A stretch of 64,000 nucleotides of DNA from Octopus bimaculoides. Taxonomy: Eukaryota. Of the stretch, positions 13,923 to 27,747 are shown in pieces (positions within the stretch are counted from its first letter, which is position 1; each line of letters starts with the position of its first letter). The stretch spans positions 9,205,751 to 9,269,750 of the forward strand of contig NC_069004.1 of NCBI RefSeq assembly GCF_001194135.2, given 5' to 3'. The notes beneath the pieces were generated by a model that had not been told where the DNA came from, did no database searches, and saw only the letters and a program-made list of their open reading frames with translations. The position numbers and the translations under genes are program-made.

Positions 13923-14138
13923 TTAACCCTTTAGCATCCAGTTTACTTTATCAAATGTTATGTTTATTTATTCACATTGTTTAAAATTAATCATGCATTA
14001 TCTCATATCATTGAAATTTCAATGATGTAGTTGTTTACTTCTAGAATAACATTGTAGGGATCTAGATGATTTGAACAAAAAAAAAACTCGTAGAATATAT
14101 GATCTGGACATGGTTGGTTTGAATGCTAAGAGATTCAA
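13923..14138. mobile_element. TTAA-flanked MITE (second family); another copy at 19741-19948 and fragments at about 2490 and 40500-40640
   Basis: TTAACCCTTTAGC...GCTAxAxGGTTAA ends; internal GAGATAATGCATGATTAATT...AATGTGAATAAATAAG shared in opposite orientations. Confidence 0.65.
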
Positions 14139-14436
14139 CATCCATAATTACAAAAATACATAATTTCAAACTGGTTTAACATCCTTGTTCCACACACATA
14201 TATATAAATGTGTGTGTGTGCATGTACATGTGTGTGTGAGTGGATGATCATGGGTGAACTATTTTTTTTCATCATAACTCTTCTTAACTAGAATTGACCT
14301 GGGACTAGATAACTACTGCTGATATATATATTTTTTAATTAATATATTTTTTTAATATGTTTTTTTAATTAATATATTAATGTTTTTTTTAATTAATAGC
14401 TTCTGTTTTTTTTTTTGTTTTTTTTTTCTTCTCTAG

Positions 14437-14577
14437 GAGTGGCTTACCCAACTTTCTCACAGTGGCACTTGCCCTGCACGCGATTGGCTACAAAGCCCAA
14501 GGTGTTAGAATCGACAGTGGAGATCTGGCTTACCTTTCCACCATCTCTCGGCAAGAATTTGAAAAGGTAGCTACAAT
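14437..14577 (+). CDS. NAPRT: NAPRT coding exon
   Basis: ctctag acceptor, gtacgt donor; [46 protein letters not shown](M). Confidence 0.95.
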
Positions 14578-16940
14578 GTACGTAACCACGGTGATGCATT
14601 CTTACCTTCCTTCCTTCCTTCCTTTCTTATACTGCCATTTGGGTAGAGTAGAGTAGTGGGTAGTCGTACTCTATTGTATGTGTACTTAGGTTGCAGAGCA
14701 TTCACCTCAATTATTGTCCTTCAGTTCTTTTGTAGCTGGTCTTGGGCCTGAAGAGTATGTTTAAGAAAATCAAAACCCCTAATTCTTGTTAACGTTCCCT
14801 TATTTAACTGGGAGCAATCTTTACAGCATTTATCCAAGACAGTTGACACCTCTCACTTTCAGTTTCACCATCATTCTGGCATAAAAAGAAGTAAAGATAA
14901 TATAAAATGAAATTTTTATCTCTTCTTGGTTGGTCCCTTCTGGAGAGGAATTAAAAGATGTTCCTTGCAGAGAAATGTTGACTTAAATCTAGAGAGAGAG
15001 ATGCTGTTGTCAGGTTGCTGGTTCAAGCCTAGAGAGAAATTAATTGATGATATTAGCAAGAATGTTGGCTCAAGCCTGGAGGAGAATTGATCTATGATGT
15101 CAGCAAGACTGTCACAACTCAAGCATGGAGAGAATTTAATTGATGATATTAACTAGGAATGTCAACTCAAAGAACTCAAAAATGCCACTCCTTGAAGATG
15201 CAACATTTATTATCAATAGTAATATTTTCTTTTTCTAATATACCCGGGTTCATTCCCACTGCGTGGCACCTTGGGCAAGTGTCTTCTACTATAGCCTCCG
15301 GCCGACCAAAACTTTGTTAGTAGATTTGGTAGACGGAAACTGAAAACAGCCCGTCGTATATATATATATGTATGTGTATGTCTGTGTTTGTCCCTCCAGC
15401 ATCGCTTGACAACCGATGCTGGTGTGTTTACGTCCCCGTAACTTAGTGGTTCGGCAAAAGAGACCGATAGAATAAGTACTAGGCTTACAAAGAATAAGTC
15501 CTGGGGTCGATTTGCTCGACTAAAGGTGGTGCTCCAGCATGCCCACAGTCAAATGACTGAAACAAGTAAAAGAGTAAAGAGTATATGCACAAGGCCACAA
15601 TTTTCAGAAAAAGGAGGTATATGATTCCTTCAACCACAGCATTGGATTGGTTCTCTGTTTTTATTGATTTCAGAAGAATGATAGGCAAAGAGACCACAAT
15701 TGGGTTTGGACTCTGAATGTGAAGAGCCAAAACTAAATCTTGTAAGGCATTTTGTCCAACATAAATGACTGTGAATCTACCACCATATTTTGATAATTTT
15801 TTTTTTCTGTTTTATGATTTTTAACTCAGATAAATTTTGGGTATGGTATGTTTATCAAGGTGGACCCAGTACAATTACTGGTACTTTTATCAACGCTGGT
15901 CCAATGAAAAGTGAAGTGTTTTAACACTGAATGTAAAATGATGTTATGTAATACCACAACTAACTTTTTTGTCTGGTGCTCTACAGATTCTGCTATTCCC
16001 CATTCTTCTTATTATCATAATAATAATAATAATAACGATAGTTTCACATTTTGGCACAAGGCCAGAAATTTTCGCAGAAAGGGGGATACTCAATTACATC
16101 GACTTCAGTACATGACTGGTGCTTCTTTTACTGATCCCTAAAGGACGAAAGGCAAAGTTGACCTTGGTGGGATTTGAACTAAGAATATAAAGTGCAGGAA
16201 GAAATGGTACAAAGCATTTTGTCAGATGAAGTAAATGATTCTACCTTAATACTAACACAGGTACAAAATCTGGTGGGCAGGCTTTAGTCAAATGTACCTC
16301 AGTACTCGACTCACACTTCATTTTATTGACCTCCTAAGAGAAGAAAGGCAAAATATTGACTTCAGAATTTTAAAAACTAATACCACAGTACGTATTTTTG
16401 TTTAAACCTCATCAATGCCTATGTGCCTCTCCTCCCCACTTACCGCCTTTTTGGTACATGTACCAATTCAACTGATCTTGTTTTTCATTAAACTCGACAT
16501 ACTTGCCAGTATCTGTCAGCTCCTCCTCAATACTCCCATCCTATTTTTTATGTCTGCACCAATTCGACTGGCCTTGTTTTTGACTAAGCTCAACATACTT
16601 ACCAGCATCTACTAACTCTTTCCTCGTCATCTCCACCTTTACTTTATGTGTGCGCCAATTCAACTGACCATCTTGATATTAAATGTAACCAAACAGTACT
16701 TCCCACTTACCCATTTCATGTTTGCATCCAAAATAACAAGACTACTATTTTTTTCACCAATGTAGAACATCACTACTTTTCTCAGATTCTACTTTTTGTC
16801 TGATTGATGCGGATTTCAATTCTATTGCTATTATTGCTGTTGGATTTAACTACTAACATATAACATTCAGTACATTACCTTTATCCAAACTGTTTGGAAA
16901 GAGACCATAAAGTGGAAATGACAGCACAATTGTTAAAACA

Positions 16941-17340
16941 TGTTGTTGTTGTTGTTGTTGCTGACACTCCGTCGCTTACGACGTTGAGGGTTCCAGTTGA
17001 TCCGATCAATAGAACAGCCTGCTCGTGAAATTAACGTGCAAGTGGCTGAGCACTCCACAGACACGTGTACCCTTAACGTGGTTCTCGGGGATATTCAGCA
17101 TGACACAGTGTGACAAGGCTGACCCTTTGAATTACAGGCACAACAGAAACAGGAAGTAAAAGTGAGAGAAAGTTGTGGTGGAAGAGTACAGCAGGGTTCG
17201 CCACCATCCCTTGCCAGAGCCTCGTGGAGCTTTTAGGTGTTTTCGCTCAATAAACACTCACAACGCCCAGTCTGGGAATCGAAACCGCGATCCTATGACC
17301 ACGAGTCCACTGCCCTAACCACTGGGCCATTGCACCTCCA
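16941..17340 (-). mobile_element. tRNA-derived SINE family C, full length, with 11-bp TSD
   Basis: Minus strand TGGAGGTGCAATGGCCCAGTGGTTAGGGC...GGTTTCGATTCCC head and (CAA)n tail; TSD gttaaaacatg at 16932-16942 and 17343-17353. Confidence 0.9.
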
Positions 17341-18226
17341 CCGTTAAAACATGCAAGCAGTGTATATTAGACTTTAAATTTCATATTTTATAAATATTTG
17401 ATGCTGGGAAGAAAATTAAAACATATTCCCAAAGCATTAAACAGTATCCACAGTGGTAGCAATACTTGAGAATAAAGTTAAAATTATGTCAAGCAGTACT
17501 GCATTAAGTTAAGTCAAGCAGCTATTGTGCTAAATGGCCAGGTATTGTTGGTTGATGGTTCTAAAGTGATGTTTAAAATGGAATGGGTCCTGACAGTGTG
17601 GAACAATGGTCAGACTAAGTATAATTATAATGTGCCAATATATACATGATGGTCATTCCAACAAAAGTTAAAATTTTATATGGCACAGGAGTGGATGTAG
17701 GGTAAGTAGCTTGCTTACCAACCACATGGTTCCGGGTTCATTCTCGCTGCATGGCACCTTGGGCAAGTGTCTTCTACTATAGCCGACCAAAGCCTTGTGA
17801 GTGGATTTGGTAGACGGAAACTGAAAGAAGCCTGTCGTATATATGTATGTATGCGTGAGCATATGTTTCTGTGTCTGTGTTTGTCCCCCTCCCCCCAAAC
17901 ACACACACACACACACACAACATCGCTTGAATCAGATTGGAGCCTGGTGTAGCCATCTGGTTTCACCAGTCCTCAGTCAAATCGTCCAACCCATGCTAGC
18001 ATGGAAAGCGGACTTTAAACGACGATGATGATGATGATGATGAACGCTCTGTTGTATCTTTGTGTATATATATATATTTAATTAAGCTATTGTTATGAAC
18101 AGTAGGGAGTGTTCCAATGTAAAAGATATCTCTGTTGAGTAAAACCCCAGCCTCTTCACCCTCCCATCGTTTAACAAAACTATTACAAGGTGAGCATCAG
18201 TCATTTATTGTTTGTGCTTTTTCCAG

Positions 18227-18311
18227 GTTTAATATCCCAGTATTTGGCAAGTTTACAATCGTAGCTAGCAATGACATCAACGAAGACACCATCCATTCTC
18301 TAAACCAGCAG
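18227..18311 (+). CDS. NAPRT: NAPRT coding exon
   Basis: ttccag acceptor, gtatgt donor; [28 protein letters not shown]. Confidence 0.95.
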
Positions 18312-18560
18312 GTATGTTTTAACGATTTGTTAATAATACAGTTTACACCTGTCTTTTTTATTGTAGTTTCATATTGTCCTGTATATGTCCATCTTTTATC
18401 GTAGTTTCACAATGTCACAGTTTGTGTCTTTCTGTTCTTCCTTTCTACTTTTATTTCACTTTATTTTGTCTTTCTTAGGTTTATTATTTAGTATAATTAT
18501 ACTGGAATGGGTAGGGACTAAAGCTGAAGAGATAAGCTTTTGGTAGACTCTTATCTAGTT

Positions 18561-19035
18561 TTAACCCTCTTGAACCTAACTCACCTGAGGCTATCACTAA
18601 TTCTCTGGATACAAACCTCTTGTCTCAAATGATCTAAATTAAATTCTACGTATATAAACTAAACCAATTCTATGGATACACACTTCTTGTTTAAAAATGA
18701 TCTGAATTAAAATCTTCCATCAAAATTTCATGTTAATTTTTGTTTCAAACACTAGCTTAATAATGATAGTTATTTTACTAAATTCTTCATCATTTTAAAA
18801 ACTAATTGAATTAATGGCAGTTTTTTTTAACAGAAATATGGTAACAAAAGGGTTAATTATGACAAAGTTGTTTTACTAAATTCTTCATTATTTTCAAAAT
18901 TAATTAATTTAAAAGCAGTGAATTTCAACTAAAATATGTTGCAGAACTGTTAATAATGACAGTTATTTCACTAAGTTCTTCATTATTTTCAAAACTGAAA
19001 CAAAGACTGTGTATTTCCACAGAAAAAGGTTAAAT
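18561..19035. mobile_element. TTAA-flanked MITE (third family) with tandemly repeated 3' segments; another copy at 39536-39990
   Basis: TTAACCCTC...AAAAGGGTTAA at 18561-18856, followed by two further ~90-bp copies of the TTACTAAATTCTTCATTATTTTCAAAA unit. Confidence 0.6.
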
Positions 19036-22000
19036 TGGGAGCAGTTGGACATGGCAGGGGTTCAACAGAATTTTAATTTAATTCATTTTCTCTAAATTGT
19101 TTTTTGTTTCTTTTCCGTCTATTTTTCAAATTTTATTCGTAGCAAAACATTTTTGCTCGTAAACTAAAATTAGAGAAAAATAAAGGAAGGCACCTTAAAC
19201 ATTTTTCATTATTAAATAGAAATAAGGTAGTGAGCTGGCAGAGATGTTAGTGCACCGGGCGAAATGCTTAGCGGTATTTCGTCTGCCCTTACATTCTGAG
19301 TTCAAATTCTGCCGAGGTCGACTTTGCCTTTCATCCTTTCAGGATTGATAAATTAAGTACCAGTTACATACTGGGGTTGGTCTAGTCGACTGGCCCCCTC
19401 CCGCAAAATTTCGGGCCTTGTGCCTAGAGTAGAAAAGATTATTAAATGGAAACTGGACTTGAATTTGTTTTAATATATACTCCTTTCCCCACATCTGCAT
19501 GCATGCACGCATGCACATGCACAATGTCTTTCTACATGAAATATTTACCAAATGAGAGCAAGTGTCCTGGCAACTTTTATTGTGTCTGTATAATTAGTGA
19601 TGTGGTAAATAGAGATTAGTTTGATTTTGATATTGTAAAGGTTTCTGGAAAAATATATAAATGATATATTTTTAAAATTTGTAAACAATATATTTGGTAA
19701 ATATTTAGTATAGATGGTTTATTTTTAAATCCAGGTCATTTTAACCCTTTAGCGTTTATAACCAGCCATATCCAGCCCCACCATATTCTTCCTGTTTTAC
19801 AAACCAACCAGATCTGGCTTCTGGCAATGTCATTTTAAAAATAATCAATTACATCATCAAAATCTTGAAGCTATGAGATAATGCAGGATTAATTTAAAAC
19901 AATGTGAATAAATAAGTATTATATTTGACCTGAATGCTAGATGGTTAATCCGGCTGATTTTTCTTAGGTAATTTTTAAGTAGATTAAGTATTGTTGGGTA
20001 CGTTGAGTTATCCTCTGATTCATCCCCTGCTGTGATTCTTAAAAGTATCCATGTTTATATTTCAATTTTACTTTTTGAAATTAAATTTTAAATTCTTTCC
20101 AAGAAAATTCATTTGAAATTTAAATTGGTGAAAATATTTTTCTTCGGTTAATTTTGATTAGAAGTTGAATATCTATTTTATTTTACTTTTCAAATTTTAT
20201 TTAAAAAATAAAAATCTTGTCTGTCCATCTTAACTCTCTTCATTTCATTTAATGTAAAAAAAAAAAATTTTTTACTAAAAACCTTTCTGTTTTATCAATT
20301 TGAAATTTCAAAAGTAAAAAGTAAATTTTAAAAAAAAACCCCTGAAAATTAAGAAGTTAAAAGGAAAAAGATTTGAAATTGAATTTCTCCTGTTTGATTT
20401 AAACTTAAGACCAGTGTGTTATAGAATTCACCATTCCTTAAGCTTGTCATTTGGCTTATGCTGCCACTAAATATCTAGAACATTTGGAGTGTCCCTTCTC
20501 TTGGATCTCCTGCTCATTTTGTCTTCAAAGCTTTAGAACTCTTGAGATGTGCCTTGTGCCTTGTCTTCATTACATTCTTACAAGAGGAAACTGCGCTGCT
20601 TACTATTTCTTATGATTCTCAAAGGGGACAAAATGTAAAGATCTCCCTCTGGAGTAGGGGTTTAGTTTTTCAGAAGTGAGAGTTTCTTAAAGAAATAATT
20701 GAATTTAACACTGTGAAATAAAGAAAACTTTGCCAGGCTGGAGTTCCTTCTTTGACTGTCTCTTCTGCCGCTGCTTGCAAAATGATAAACCCAAAATAAT
20801 AAACATACTAAATAATCACTAATGACCATATATGTTCGGTGATGCAAACAGGAAAATAGAAGTCGCTCAAAATGAGTGTATATATTTTATTATTGTCATT
20901 ATTATTAATAATTGGCATAAGTCACTGACTGACTCCAGGGCCAAGGGTTTCATGCACAGATAAGTGCCAATGCACAAAACTCAGTCTTTGAGTCACTCTG
21001 AAACTTCTGACAATTAATAATAAAAAAAAATAAGAGCCATATATCTCTAGATTTTGCATCATTCATTTCATATTTATTTTTTGTTTGTGATGTAACATAT
21101 GTTATACATGTGTGTTTATTTTAACATTGTACAACATGGAGGATAAGTGAATTCATCCAATATATTAATGGGACAAGAAGATGCCAACTATGTACATCCG
21201 GGAAATTTCATATATTGTTCTCCAGGATGTTTTGGTGCCTGTTACCATTTCCAGAGTGAAAGGGCATCCAACTGTAGAAACTTTGCCAGATCAGATTGGA
21301 GCCTGGTGCAGCCTTCTGGCTTGCCAGCTCTCAGTCAGACCTTCCAACTCATGCCAGCATGGAAAACGGACGTTAAACGATGATGATGATGCTGATATAT
21401 ATATATATATATATATATACACTTCTATTATCAATAGTTTATTTTTGTAGGGAAATTTTTTATGGCAAGGAAGTGCTTTTTGTAAGAATTTTATATAGTG
21501 AGGATGTGTTTTCCACTATCTTCTGACATAGTTTGGTTTTATGTTACATGGAGTAGTTTCATGCAATTGCTCCTTGTAAGTGCATAGTGTGTTTACAAGA
21601 AAGTGTTGTCCTTGTATGGCCAGTGTAACATTTTATAACTTTCACCTGTCGTATCAGTCATTCTTTTGCTTGCTTTCAGGTTTACATACCTGTGATTCTG
21701 TGTTTTGTTGTTAAGTTTTGGTGGAGCTCACGATTTCTCGACATTTGTTATAGCCTTTCTTCATCTGATAAATAAAACAACAAAGAAATCTGGTTGTGAA
21801 TGTGATGATTTTGACAGCTTTTCCTCTCACTGACAGCTTTACAGCATGGACCGGTGTGTTGTATTCTGCTACCAGAAATAGAAAGGTTGTCTTTGGCAAG
21901 ACTAATGTATTTTTTTTTACTCTTTTTGAGTTTTTGTTCAGAATTATTGGTGTTGACGTGATTCTATCGTTAAGAAATTTGCTTCAGGTTTGATTCCATT

Positions 22001-22689
22001 ACATGGCCTATTCAGCAAGTATTTTCTACTTTCACTTTGGGTCAACCAAAGCTTTGTGGCAGACAAAAAACTGAAAAAAGCCCACTGTATATATATGTGC
22101 ATGCATGCATGTGTGTGTGTGTGTGCGTGCGTGCATGCATGTCCCCTTATCTTGATCCTCATTTACAACATCACATGATAGTTGTAAATGGGTGTCACTC
22201 TTATACAAATGAATGTCGTTCATTTCCAATCATCTGGGAAAATGTCCAGTCATGAAGGAATATTACCTAGCATGGGAACAAATGAGGGTTAGTGACAGGA
22301 AAAGCATCTGGCTGTAGAAAATCTGACATTGCCAATGGTAATGAGTTACTGCTCTCCTAGACACCTTCACGTCTTCTCCATATGACTAAGGTAGATCCGT
22401 TTTTGTGTATTATGCAATTTGATTACCTTACATCCTAGATGGATTGTTTTACTGTGGCTGGTGATGGCAGTGATTATGAAGAGAACTTGTAATGGCAGTA
22501 TGGTCATACTTATTAGTTTGAAACTGAAATAATAGTAAAAGAGGTTGTCTCTCGAGTGGACGTCATGACGTGAGGCTCTTAAATTTAAGGAGAGTTTTTA
22601 ATAAGAAACAAAACAATGACAGGTCATAAGTTTGTCAACATTTAGTGGTGGGGGCATATGTTTACTGACCAGATATTATGGATAGACTG

Positions 22690-23218
22690 CAGTGTGGGAT
22701 TACAAAGGTGTTGCGTATTTTGAGCTGCTTCTAAGGAACCAAATGATCAATTCAGATGTTTACTGTCAATAACTAATGAAACTGGAAGAAACAATCAAAG
22801 AAAAACGGCCAGAATTGGCAAATCATAAAGGAATCATGCTCCACCATGACACCGCTAGACCACACATGTTTGCTAACTCGTGAAAAATTATTGGAGCTTG
22901 GTTGAGAAGTAGTGTCACATCCACCATATAGCCCTGACCTTGCACCATCAGATTACCATTTATTTCAAAGTTTGCAAAATTCTTTGAATGGTAAAACATT
23001 CAATAATGATGATGACGACCTGAAATCACACTTGCTTCAGTTTTTGGCTGATAGGACCAGAAGCTCTATGAGCACGGAATCATGAAGTTGCCAGAAAGAT
23101 GGCAAAATGTCATCGAACAAAATGGAAAATATATAATTGATTAAAAACTTATTCTGTGTATGAAAAAGAATTACTTTTATTTCACACTAAAAAAACGAAA
23201 TTACTTTCTTGCCAACCT

Positions 23219-23222
<4 letters not shown>
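22690..23222 (+). mobile_element. Decayed mariner transposase, C-terminal half plus 3' terminal repeat
   Basis: WDYKGVAYFELL...INSDVYC...HPPYSPDLAPSDYHLFQSLQNSLNGK...KLPERWQNVIEQNGKYIID*; ends ...TTACTTTCTTGCCAACCTAATA. Confidence 0.9.
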
Positions 23223-23269
<47 letters not shown>

Positions 23270-23290
23270 ATATATATGTATGTATGTATG

Positions 23291-23324
<34 letters not shown>

Positions 23325-24574
23325 ATCTTTTTTCTTTTGTTTCAGTCATTTGACTGCAGCCATGCTGGAGCACTGCTTTTTTAGTCAAGTCGACCCCAGG
23401 ACTTGTTCTTTGTAAGCCTAGTACTTATTCTATCAGTCTTTTTTGCCGAACCACTAAGTTATGGGGATGTAAACACCCCCAACATCGGTAGTCAAGTGAT
23501 GATGGGGTGGGGGACAAACACACACATACACATACACAAAAACACTTGTTTCAGTTTTTGTCTACCAGATCTCCTCACTAGTTCTTTGGTTAGTCTGGCT
23601 GTAGCAGTGGACACCACTTGTCCAAGTAGAACTGAACCTGAAATCATAAGGTTGGAAAGCAAACTTCCTAACCACTCATCCAACAACAAATCAAAGCACT
23701 TAATTAATCCAATACTTAGTGAAACTTTTAATGTGGCTAATTGGCAGAATCGTTTAAACATCAAGTAAATGCTTGGCAACATTTTGTCTGTGTTTATCTT
23801 CTGAGTTCAAATTCCACTGGGGCTGACTTCTTCGCCTTTCATCATTTCAGGGGTCGATGATACAAGTACCAGTTGAATGTTGGGGTTGATGTACTTGACT
23901 TAGCCCCCCCCCCTCCCCCTCGAAATTGCTGGCCTTGTGTTAAAATTGGAAACCAATATTTAGTACGGATTTTCATTAAGTCGTCTCTACTTTAGTTCTG
24001 GTTAAGAAATAAAAAACAAAAATAAAATGAAATAAAACAAGAATATTAAAAACAGTAACAAAACAGTAACAAAAAAAATCGTCTGCCATTGATATCGGCA
24101 TTTTTCTTTTCCCCATCAAAAATGTTATTTTTTTTCTTGCAGTCAAATACAGATGATAATTCAGTTGATAATACGTTAGATCAACCAGTAAGAAGAAATT
24201 TCAAATCTACTCCTCCTTTTTTCTTTTCTCTCCTTTTTTTTTTCTTCTTTAGCCTAGTACATTTTATTATTATTACTATTACTATTAGTTTGTTTTTTTG
24301 TTATCTGTTTGTCTATATTGTTTTTAAAAAAATTCCTTCTTTGAGCTGGTTTTGGATTTTTTTTCTTCTTTTCTAATTTTTTTTTTTTTTTTTTAATTTC
24401 CGTCTTATTTTTAATGGGTCAGCTTCTAATTAACATTCTACTAACTCCACACGAATATCTTGTTTTTTTTTCTTTTTAAATATTTATCAGCAAATTTTAA
24501 TCCTTAAGTTGTTTTTCCTTCTTTATTTTTGTTTCATTCACTATTATTATTATCATCATTATTATTATTATTAT

Positions 24575-25870
<1,296 letters not shown>

Positions 25871-26849
25871 ATAGATTTAAATATATATATATCTTCCATT
25901 GCTGAGGTAGTATTTTCTTAGGCCATTGTCAATTCTTCCAAATTAATCTATCTACAAAATCATAAACGCGTTATGTTTTGCCTCTTTTTGTTTTTATGAT
26001 TTTGTGCCATCACCATTATCACAACTATCGTCACCACCACTACTACCTCCTGTTTTTTTTATTGAGTTCGTGCTTTTTTTCCTTTTCCTTTTTTTTTTTT
26101 TTTTTTTNNNNNNNNNNTTTTTTTTTTTTTATTTCTCTTTCAAATGCAATTTGCCCTTACGGATGGTAGTTTTTATTCTGTGTCACAACACATTTTATTA
26201 TTTAATATTTTGACTGCAGTTTTCCTGTTTCAGTGATACATATTTCTCAACCTCTTCTGGTAACAAATATGTATTTAATCCTCAGGACCTTGTTTTGAAA
26301 TTAATTTGCTTTTCAATTCTCTCCAGTTTTCCTAACATTATCCTGTCTTGTGGAGAAAATCTGTTTCCATGGCACCTGTGACTTTAGCATCTTTCATGCA
26401 ATGTTTGATTATTCTTTTGATGTTTAAAAAAAATTTTTTTTTTATGCATTATGAATGAAGCAGTAGAAATTATAGAAAGCTCATGAGAAGAGTTATAATA
26501 ATTGATATCAATTTCATATCCAGGGGAAAATATATAGTGATCAAGCAAGTTTCATATATCAGAGTAAAAAGTACTCATTGTAATAAATATAGAGCTAAAA
26601 AATAAATAAATATATACTGATGTAGAATCCTGTCAGTTATCTATTGTTTCAAAGATACTCAAACTAGTTGAGTAGTCATTGTCAGACATCGGTCAACACC
26701 TATCACCTGTTTCTTTCAACAAATTGATCCGTCTTGGGCACAGAGAGGTACAGGTAGTAGAAATGAGCAAATATCTGACGATAGATACTGAACCATTCTG
26801 AATACCTTTGAAACTATTAGTAACATGGATTGACAAGATTCTATAATTG

Positions 26850-26887
<38 letters not shown>

Positions 26888-27419
26888 NNNNNNNNNNNNN
26901 NNNNNNNNNNNNNNNNNNNNNNNNNNNNNNNNNNNNNNNNNNNNNNNNNNNNNNNNNNNNNNNNNNNNNNNNNNNNNNNNNNNNNNNNNNNNNNNNNNNN
27001 NNNNNNNNNNNNNNNNNNNNNNNNNNNNNNNNNNNNNNNNNNNNNNNNNNNNNNNNNNNNNNNNNNNNNNNNNNNNNNNNNNNNNNNNNNNNNNNNNNNN
27101 NNNNNNNNNNNNNNNNNNNNNNNNNNNNNNNNNNNNNNNNNNNNNNNNNNNNNNNNNNNNNNNNNNNNNNNNNNNNNNNNNNNNNNNNNNNNNNNNNNNN
27201 NNNNNNNNNNNNNNNNNNNNNNNNNNNNNNNNNNNNNNNNNNNNNNNNNNNNNNNNNNNNNNNNNNNNNNNNNNNNNNNNNNNNNNNNNNNNNNNNNNNN
27301 NNNNNNNNNNNNNNNNNNNNNNNNNNNNNNNNNNNNNNNNNNNNNNNNNNNNNNNNNNNNNNNNNNNNNNNNNNNNNNNNNNNNNNNNNNNNNNNNNNNN
27401 NNNNNNNNNNNNNNNNNNN

Positions 27420-27747
27420 GTGTCCTTATGCTTACAAGGGGGAGACAAGCACCTCCACCCAGCTAAGCCTGCATCCAGAGACATGTTTCTGATTCTTTGC
27501 TCATCATCAGAAACATGTCTCTGGATGCAGGCTTAGCTGGGTGGAGGTGCTTGTTTCCTCCTTGTAAACATAAGGACACAGGAAATGTGTCAAGGCCAAC
27601 AGGAAGCAGTGCAGCTTCCTAGGTCTAACCAACAGTAGTATTATTCCCTTCAGGGGACTGTCACATTAGGTTGACAACATACAACTATTTCATCGTATCA
27701 CTACTGCATAAATCTCTCTGAGAGATTTAGAAATGTATTATTTCTAA
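27420..27747. mobile_element. Fold-back element with a hammerhead-like core (candidate Penelope-like pLTR)
   Basis: 74-bp inverted arms 27420-27493 and 27506-27579 (71 of 74 matched); minus-strand CTGATGA-TGA-N8-TCA-GAAAC-AT-GTC at 27510-27480; 3' 147 bp shared with 39744-39890. Confidence 0.65.
27480..27510 (-). ncRNA. Minimal type I hammerhead ribozyme catalytic core (canonical stem I not formed)
   Basis: CUGAUGA, 3-bp stem II (UGA/UCA), GAAAC, palindromic ACAUGU stem III and a GUC cleavage triplet. Confidence 0.55.

Noticed and set aside
16941-17340. SINE heads as true tRNA genes
   Set aside because: They have A/B boxes but run into SINE bodies with tails and TSDs, and no complete acceptor stem is evident
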